Assembly: GCA_012295275.1 (NCBI GenBank)
Contig: CM022670.1
Location: 248,001-312,000, forward strand
Source of the DNA: Chrysomallon squamiferum
Taxonomy: Eukaryota; Animalia; Mollusca
Length of the DNA stretch: 64,000 nt
Direction of reading: 5' to 3'
Each line of letters opens with the position of its first letter. Position 1 is the stretch's first letter. Positions 55,785 to 64,000 of this stretch are shown one piece after another. The translations under genes were made by a program, and so were the position numbers. Below the pieces are notes generated by a model that saw nothing but the letters and a program-made list of their open reading frames with translations, did not search any database and had not been told where the DNA came from.

Positions 55785-55964
55785 CAAGGGAAGCAACCAT
55801 GGTATGTATGAAATACACTAATCTGATTGGACAAATTTAATAAATACAAAATCTCTTGTGGCCAGAGTGTCCACCAAGGGAAGCAACCCACACTGTGCAT
55901 CAAATATACTAATCTGATTGGATAAATTTGATAAACAGGAATCTTTTGTGGCTGTGATGTCCAT
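55785..55964. repeat. Diverged ~90-bp tandem duplication
   Basis: CAAGGGAAGCAACC at 55785 and 55875; both copies contain ACTAATCTGATTGGA.AAATTT.ATAAA and ATCT.TTGTGGC...GTCCA. Confidence 0.9.
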
Positions 55965-58678
55965 GTGTCTGTTTTGATGTTCTTCAAAGTCTTTTGGTCT
56001 GGACAAGAATATCATCTTGACAAAGTGATAGATAAAAATTTGTTGTTAGTAAAGAAAGAGCTTCAGTAATTTGTTACAATTTTATTACCTTCTATGATAA
56101 CATTTTCTTGTCAAGAGTGTCCATAAATATACAAGTATTCAGTAATCAAATTCAAGAGTATTAAAATGATGTATCTTTGTTATTTTTCAAACAGCTTCAT
56201 AAACATTTCGTTTCTGTAGAAAAACTCATTGATAATGATTAAATCATCAGAAATTTCATTTGGAACAAGATACAAAAGTGGCAACAAAAAACCAAATAAT
56301 ATGAAATTTCCAAAGTTTTTATATCAACCAAGTAAAATTATAACAAAATTAATCATCTTTATTTCTGTTTTCAATTAGTTTCAGTAATATGTTATATTTT
56401 TTTCTACTTGGTATTTCAGCAAAATATTTTAATCTTTATATAAATATATATATATATATTTTTTTTTTTTTTTGCCAGCCACTTTAAAAACTATTTCATA
56501 CTAACTTGAGTAAAATGATATCATCCTTAAAATATCTTTCCCCAATTACTGAATGGAGATCTAGAAAATACTACTATCTTTAATACTTGTAGATGTCTGA
56601 GAATATCTCAAATGAGGGCTGATCCAATTTTGGGTCAGACACACTGATATGTTTTTTTTTTCATTAACCCATTAATTATCACATCAGTTTACTCTCTGCT
56701 GTATGAGAGGAGTCAGGAATAGTTTGCTGTGTGTAACTGGAATGGTATAAAAACAGAAATAAAACTGATTTGTTTTCATTGAGTTATTCTTTTGAAAAAA
56801 GAAACAGGACAATAAATAAATTCAGCAATTAATTAAGTAAATAAATTAAAAAAAACCACACCAACAGACCAAGGATATAAGATATATTATAGTTACTTTA
56901 GCTGGATTCTAATGTTAAAAGATGTTTACTTGTATATTATTTATTAATAATAATAATAATAATAATAAAATGACAAAAAAACAACAAAACAATACAAATG
57001 AAAACAAACTCAAAATGGTATTTCATCAAAAAAATAATAATAATAAAAATAAATAAATAAAAAATAAATTAAAATAAATAAACTAACAAAAACAATAACA
57101 GAAACAAAAACAACAACAAAGTTAGTAACAAACATAAGAATAATCTATTCTAGATAGCACCACAGTCCTACCTGGAAACAGTGTACAAAAATAATTTTAA
57201 AAAAAAGAAAAAAAGTAAAATAAAATAAAAATAACAAGCCCAAAACCTAGCTCAGTCAAGACTCAGTAATTAGTGCAAAGATGACAAAGCTCAGCTCTGC
57301 ATGTGGTGGTTAAATGGATGTCTTAATGGTGTCATGCAATGGCTGAATGTTAACTGTGTTCTAGGCTGCTGCTAGGACACAGCCAGTAGTATGAGCTTAA
57401 TTTGTGTGTCACTATGGAAACTAAAATAACGTCTACTTTACAACAAACTGTAATAACTGCTTTTAAATGTTATTGATTACATGGATATTGAGTATATCAA
57501 AGCTTTAAATGTTTTAGTTTTAGTTTCATTTTTAAATTTTCTGTGCTATGTTGTTTAAATTGTAAACCAGCTTTATTCATTGTTTGATGGTAGACTATTT
57601 TTACAGCAATATTATTAATTTTTTCCCCCAGTGTTTTGAAGAATATTTCTTCTTTGGGGTTTAGTTTGTTTATTAGTAGCTTTTTATAAAATATTAAAAA
57701 TGCATTGGAGTATTTGGAAAAATATATTTTCTTTTTGTTTGTAACAACTATTTATAAATTGTTTCAGTATTATTTACCTATTGCTCTAAAACAATTTTTT
57801 TTTTTTTTTTTTTTTGGCATAATTTTATACAATATCTTTAATCTTTTACTTTGTTTTAATTTAATTAATATTTAAAATGTTAAATGGAAAAAACCACTGC
57901 GTCATTTCAGATGAATTTCTTTATAGAATTGTCTATCTTGCCAAAACCTATAATAATTAACTACAAATTCCAGCTCTATTTTTTTTTTCTTTTTATCTCT
58001 GTTGTCAAGTAGATTTTGAATAAATTATATTATTTTTTAAGGAAATGATGCAAAAAAAAAAAAAAAATTTTTTTTTTTTTATAATTACTCTTTTATGATC
58101 ATATTTAGTACATTCCATATTTAAAACTTAAAATGTTACATAAATATACATACTATCTTGAATGAATGAAATACATTATGCAAAAGATAAAACAATTTTT
58201 TTTAATTACTTCCATTAGCTACAACAGTGCAATATAAGCAATTGACAATTCAACACTGCAAAGTATTGCAAAGAATAGATGTCAGTATTCAGTATTATTC
58301 CCAATAATGATTTACCTCCCATTCAGTAAAATTAGAAATATTATATTTTTCTGTTGTAACACAGTTACAAACTTTTATAAATCTTTTCAAACAGATTATT
58401 ACTTTATATAAACATAAACCATCTGAATTATGCCCCCTTAATTTGAATCACTGGAGTACTATGACTTTTATTCTGAACACTTTTCAGCTATTGTGCCTTA
58501 TTTTTGGGAATTACCTCATTTATCAATGCAGAAACACTCTACCCTCTTCTGATGGCTGTGAAGAGTCTATTTGTGATAAATAAATATTTAAAATGTTGCA
58601 CACACTGCACACGCACACTATTAACTATGTTCAACATCTTGATGATGGGGCTGTGACCTTTTGTTGCTTTAATCTCAG

Positions 58679-58933
58679 GTCTGACACCTAATGAACATGC
58701 AGTCTCACCTTTGACACACACGCCCAGCAACCATGCACGTGCGTATAGTTACATGAGTGGCTCAGACGAGGAAACGGAGCACACCCCCATCTCCCTCCGT
58801 CTCAGTCAGCCAGGATCCATTTATGCTCAGCCACCCGACGTTTTAATGTCTGAAAGTAGCAGACACAAGTGTGCACACACATCAGAGTCTGAGGAAGACA
58901 ATCGCTATCCACTGAGACAAATGAGTCAATCAG
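58679..58933 (+). CDS. Ten-m: Teneurin second coding exon, intracellular domain (GLTPNEHAVSPLTHTPSNHARAYSYMSGSDEETEHTPISLRLSQPGSIYAQPPDVLMSESSRHKCAHTSESEEDNRYPLRQMSQS)
   Basis: Acceptor ccttttgttgctttaatctcAG (58677-58678). G from exon 1 plus GT gives Gly, in frame with ORF 58711. Donor CAG|GTAACA (GT 58934-58935); 255 nt, phase 1-1. ARAYSYMSGSDEETE..SLRL resembles vertebrate TENM HRGYSISAGSDADTE...AMRLW, and TSESEEDNR resembles TDTEHENK (recalled). Confidence 0.78.
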
Positions 58934-59067
58934 GTAACAGAAACAAAACAATCAATCATCACCATTGTCATCATCATTATGTTTTGCACCATCATTCAGA
59001 ATCACCGTCATTTTGTTCAAAGAAATCGATGGATGAAATAGGTGACATTCATAAATCATCATTGTTG

Positions 59068-59088
59068 CATCATCATGATCATCATCAG

Positions 59089-59121
<33 letters not shown>

Positions 59122-59130
59122 TATCATCAG
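59068..59130 (+). repeat. (CAT)n microsatellite, in frame as poly-His with the preceding exon
   Basis: Eleven uninterrupted CAT at 59089-59121 plus flanking imperfect units. Confidence 0.95.
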
Positions 59131-60288
59131 AATCAGTCATTCATATCTGTAGAATCATTAATGTAAAAATTATTAGGATTACTCTTTAGAAATTGGTACA
59201 CTTGATATTATATAATGCAAACTTTATTTAAATGGTTTAAAGTATTTTATGTTTGAATCACTGTTGATTTGAAATTTTGTTAATAGTGTGTACAAATTGT
59301 TTTCAAAATAGATAGGCTCTATCCATATCTAAATAACAGAAACAAATAAAAATCTCATAGGAAAATATTGTCATATGAATCTTTAAATATGAAAGTTATC
59401 TGAATTCAGAAGCACTATGAATTTGATTTCAGAATCCTGGAATTCAATTTTGGATTTTTCTTAAAAGTTTAGATTATATTATATTAGATACATTGCCCCC
59501 CACCATAATTTGCTTAGTTTATTCTGGGGGTTTTTTCTACTGATTATTACAATAATTCTTTATTGCATGATTTCAGATATTTAAATTAGAAGTTCTGCAT
59601 AAGCTTCTCTTTAGCTCATTGCATACTCATTATTTCTTGTGTATGACATTTTTCATAAAGGGTACAAAATTGCTTAGAATAATTGATGCTAAATGCTTTT
59701 GGCTATTTTTGATTTTTTAAAGACTTTCAGCTTCTACAGTAATTTATATATTTCAAGATTATTAGATGTGACATCAACATATAAAAAAGTTAAACGCATT
59801 ATCACAATGACCGTATATTTTTAAAAAATGAAGAAAAGAATAAATAAAATTTAAAAAATGATTAATACCAAAAAGCTTTGTTTGACACTAAATAATTAAT
59901 CTAAAATGTTTCTAATGTAATATGACCAAGTAACTTTTATTGTTTTAAAGATTATAATTTATATTTTCTGAATTAGTAAACATCCAAAACTATTTATTAA
60001 AACCCCCACAAAACTTCATGTACCTTTCATGAAACTGAATCACATTTTATGTGTTGATGTAATTTTAAAATGCTTTCATTTTTTGAAACATCAATTTGTT
60101 TTGTGTTGTGTTTGTCATTTGTCTGTGTTATTGTTGGCTGTGTTTTATGAACTTTGTGTTTTATTGTTTTTTATGTATATGTCCATTGTTCTTATGTGTT
60201 GTTTGGAGAATGTGATTTTCTTACAGTCTTTTCAATATTAGTTTTTTTTACAAACTTGTTTTTTCTTTTAAATCATTTTGTAATTATT

Positions 60289-60291
<3 letters not shown>

Positions 60292-60359
<68 letters not shown>

Positions 60360-60362
60360 AGA
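60292..60362. repeat. (CA)n(GA)n microsatellite
   Basis: Direct observation. Confidence 0.97.
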
Positions 60363-61451
60363 GCTACTTATAAAATGGTAAAAAGAAAATGTTAATAACA
60401 TAAAATTAATAAGATCCTTAAAATATGTACTTAAATATTTAAATTTATTTTGAAGATAATGAAAACCCAACACTTTTATTATTTTGTATTTTATAATTTA
60501 TAATAAAAAGAATTAGAACAAATTCCTATTTTATGCTATTTTCTATTTTCTGTTATGTAAGCCCATAAAAGCACAAAAGAAGAAAAATCTTTCAACAACT
60601 GTTAATTCCTTCTACAAAACAATTATCAGATATTTTTATTGTTTCCTATAAATCTGCCATGAAAGAGAATCTGCATTTTAGTCCCATTTTTTTTTTTTTT
60701 TATGGTTTCAAATTTAAAATGAAAATTATGTTTTTTTTATTTTCACTTGAAACCATTTTGAAAGCATTTTTGTTAAACAAAACAGTTATAGCATTAGTTC
60801 TGAGTGTCAGCCATTTTTAACATTTAAACTATTGGATCTTGGAATTAAAATAAAAAATAAAATTTCTGACAGAAAAAATAACTTTTATCAGGTAAACTTG
60901 ACTTCTGATAAAATAGTAATTTAACATTAATATCAGCCTACAAATAGACATTGCACTATTTTGTTTGACATATAATATAGGCCTATATACCAGTATTGTA
61001 TTTATTTCCTGTTCTTATAATATTTAAAGAAAATGATCTTAAAAAATATGATATTGTATTTAATTTGCTATACTAGTGGAGAAACTGATTTTCATTAGGA
61101 GGAGACAGGTAGTGGTGGACATTGGTAGGAGTGGACCTCTGTAAGACTGGTAGCGTTTTCTAAGAAAGATCTGAAGTAGATCTCTGCATGTTGCTTTGTG
61201 TTTGAATTGTTTTATGATACAAAGATCAGTGTATGGTTTGTTTTTGTAAGATGTCTTATAAAAGATTTCTTGCTGATGTGTAAGAATAGTCACTGCTGTA
61301 GCAGAGAATTTAAAAACTACAAATAAATAAATAAAAATCTGATGTAATAGTGGCAGTGACACTTCTCTATTACTCAAAAAAAAAAAAAATAATAATAATA
61401 AAAATAAAATAAATTAATAAAAAATTAATAAAAATAATTTAACAAAAATAA

Positions 61452-61643
61452 AAACTTGTGTAGTTCAATTTAAAATACAAGTTCACTTTGGCATAGAAAC
61501 TGTTCAGATGAGAAAAGACTGACAAACTTAAACAGACTGATAACTGTTGTGTTTACAGACTCTTTAAGTTTGTCAGCCTTTTCTCATCTGAATTGTTTCT
61601 ATACCAAAGTGAAATTGTATTTTAAATTGAACTACATAAGTTT
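61452..61643. mobile_element. ~190-bp near-perfect palindrome (hairpin MITE-like)
   Basis: The arm 61452-61532 (AAACTTGTGTAGTTCAATTTAAAATACAAG...GACAAACTTAAA) is the reverse complement of 61563-61643 with 6 mismatches in 81 bp, plus partial inner pairing and a loop of ~16 nt. Confidence 0.9.
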
Positions 61644-64000
61644 CATGACAAATAGATAAGTAGTTCAGTTTTTGTATTTTATACAAATAAACAGTAGTCT
61701 AGAATACTGACTAAATGAGTTTCTTCTTTGTATCATAAAAAACAACAAACAAACAAACAAACAAACAAATAAAAAAATGCAAAAACACACAGAAGATACA
61801 ATAACCTATTATCAAATTTTCTTAGTTGTCACTGAACAGAAATTTCATTTTTTTTCTTCTGTTGATTCATACTGAGTGGTAATGTTGACAGCATCTGGAG
61901 TAAAAGTTAAAGAGAACAATTTTAACTTGTTTACAACAGACAGACCAGCAAGATAATTAATTTTTAAAATTCACCAAATTCTGAAAAACCAGGATCTGGT
62001 TTGTCATTGTGGGTGTAGATCTGTCAGCAACACAGTTAATTCATGACCTGGGATTACTCACATTTCTTTTCTTTCACATTTTTATACTTCTTTTTGAAAA
62101 CCATATCTTTCCCCTCCTCATCATTTTCTTTTGTTTTCAAAGTTAGGAGTGGTTTCTGGTAGTATATTTCACAATAAAAATCTGGTTTTTAAAACAGTTT
62201 TCTAATTTTATTATGTATCTAATTTGTTTGCTTTTGTCCCTTTTTTATAATTAATTTTTTTTTTATACTTTTCTTTTTAGGTTTTAAATTTTGTGTGAGG
62301 TCATTAGTAACAGACTTCTCCAGCAATATTTGGTTTTCTAATTTTTATTATTATTATATTTTTTTTAGGAAATTTTTCATTTTTTAAAAACTATTTTCTC
62401 ATCTCTCTCTTTTTTTTTTTTTTTCTTCTAAATTCTTAAAAAAAAATGTTGAAAAAAAACCTTTTCCTTCTTAGTCACATTCAGTCCCAAGTGTTTTTGA
62501 AATTAGAAAAAAATGAAGAAAGATACTTTGCAGCTGTGCATTTGAAACATGTGACATGCACATGCGTGATGTAAAGTGGGTAGAAGATGATGCACTGCAG
62601 AATGCATGCACATCCTGCCTTGTCATAGAAAATCAAATACAACGTGAGACAAAACTTTCAGTTGGTTGTCTCTTCTCTCACTGAATGAAATTAGACTTCC
62701 ACGTTTATTTAATATCAGTAGTTTTTTAAAGATGTTTTTCTTTAATTTAAAAAAAAAAATCTTTTTTCTTCAAATTTTATTTTTTTTATTTTATAATATA
62801 TTTTTTTTAAATAATTAAATATTTAAATTTATTTTTACATTTTTTGCAATTATTTTTGTTTTTTAAATTTGAAACAATTTAGCTTTTCCTTTTTTAAAAT
62901 TTTTGTTTTGTTATTTTTTTCCTTGAAGTTTAAAACTTTGTAATTTTTGTTTTTTAGTGTTAAAATATTTTGCTATCTGTTTTGCCAATCCATTTTACAA
63001 AGTTCAGTTTGTTTTTCTTTATTAGGAAAATAGTCACTCTCTGTGCCTCCCTAAAATCTAACCTTAACACCCCAACATTATCCTAGATCAGTTTGTACTT
63101 TGTTCATTCCTCAGGGAACATTCAGATATTGATTTGTTTCCCAATCCAAACTGATTTTTGATGTTTCCTGAATTAATGATACACTTTGTTAGCAGTAACT
63201 CTTGATAAATCTGGCTTCAGAACTTAGTTGAATAAATTATCAGAAATAAAATTCTTGAACTCTTAGGTGAAAAATTGTAAGTAAATTAACTGCAAAAGTG
63301 AAATTTATTATAAGAAAGTTAATTTGTTTCCCAAATGAGAGATGTAGGATGATATTTGTAGATGTTTGAGATGATTTCTTAAACTTATGAAGATAATTAA
63401 AGATTATTGATCCACTGTGAGTACTATGTGTAAGAGTGGGTATTTGAAAAATGTATTGACCAGTTATTATGTTCAGTCCAGAAACAGACAAATTATAAAT
63501 GAAACAGATTTACAAATATCTGATCTTTAATTACACTCCCATTAATATAATTATTAAAATGAAGATGTTAATATGTTAAAGAAGGCATTTTGTAATAATA
63601 TCAGAATATTTGAGAAATACTTTACTAGTGTAACTATAATCAATGTAAACATTAAATTCATCATTAGCTGCTATCACAGATGTAGCTTCTGTAACAAAGT
63701 TCAAACGAAACAGTAACTATTTAACTGAATAAAACTTAGGTAACAATTAGCCTGGTATCTTGGACATATCTTAAACCAACCAGTTGGTAGCCATTTGACT
63801 TAACTGCAGTGTTCATTCTAATTAATTTTCTTATCTTTATTTTTATTGTAATGTTCACACTGGCAGTGATTTTGTTTTGAATCTCTTTGATCATTTTTAT
63901 TTTACTGTTATGTTCACACAACAGCTGATTCTGGTTTCAAAGCTGTGGAGCATGAGTGGACCATCAGAATTTTCCTTGTTGCGTAATGTTTTTGTAGACT

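Noticed and set aside
58952-59140. Poly-Asp ORF on the - strand (biomineral acidic protein-like)
   Set aside because: Antisense reading of the (CAT)n repeat; short, with no independent gene features.
9120-60473. Numerous 60-130 aa ORFs with poly-I, poly-F, poly-K, CV or HT runs
   Set aside because: Products of microsatellites and homopolymers, many with alternative start codons that are not relevant to a eukaryotic nuclear locus.

Overview
AT-rich, CpG-depleted, microsatellite-rich eukaryotic (metazoan, probably mollusc/lophotrochozoan; inferred) genomic DNA that is almost entirely intronic or non-coding. The only well-supported coding content is two + strand exons, 49942-50128 and 58679-58933. 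They splice in frame (phase 1/phase 1) into a 147-codon Ser/acidic N-terminus that resembles the teneurin (Ten-m/TENM) intracellular domain in both motifs and intron phase; the gene continues beyond the window. The remaining ORFs in the track are low-complexity or chance ORFs. Other content: two candidate upstream non-coding exons, a minimal uORF, two long fold-back (MITE-like) hairpins, decayed tRNA-derived SINE fragments, several degenerate minisatellites, local CpG clusters and a double CTCF-like site. No prokaryotic system, CRISPR array, rRNA or intact tRNA or transposase was seen. The best leads are regulatory: a possible His-tailed soluble teneurin-ICD isoform, a uORF/alternative-acceptor switch and candidate recursive splice sites. 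All are hypotheses.
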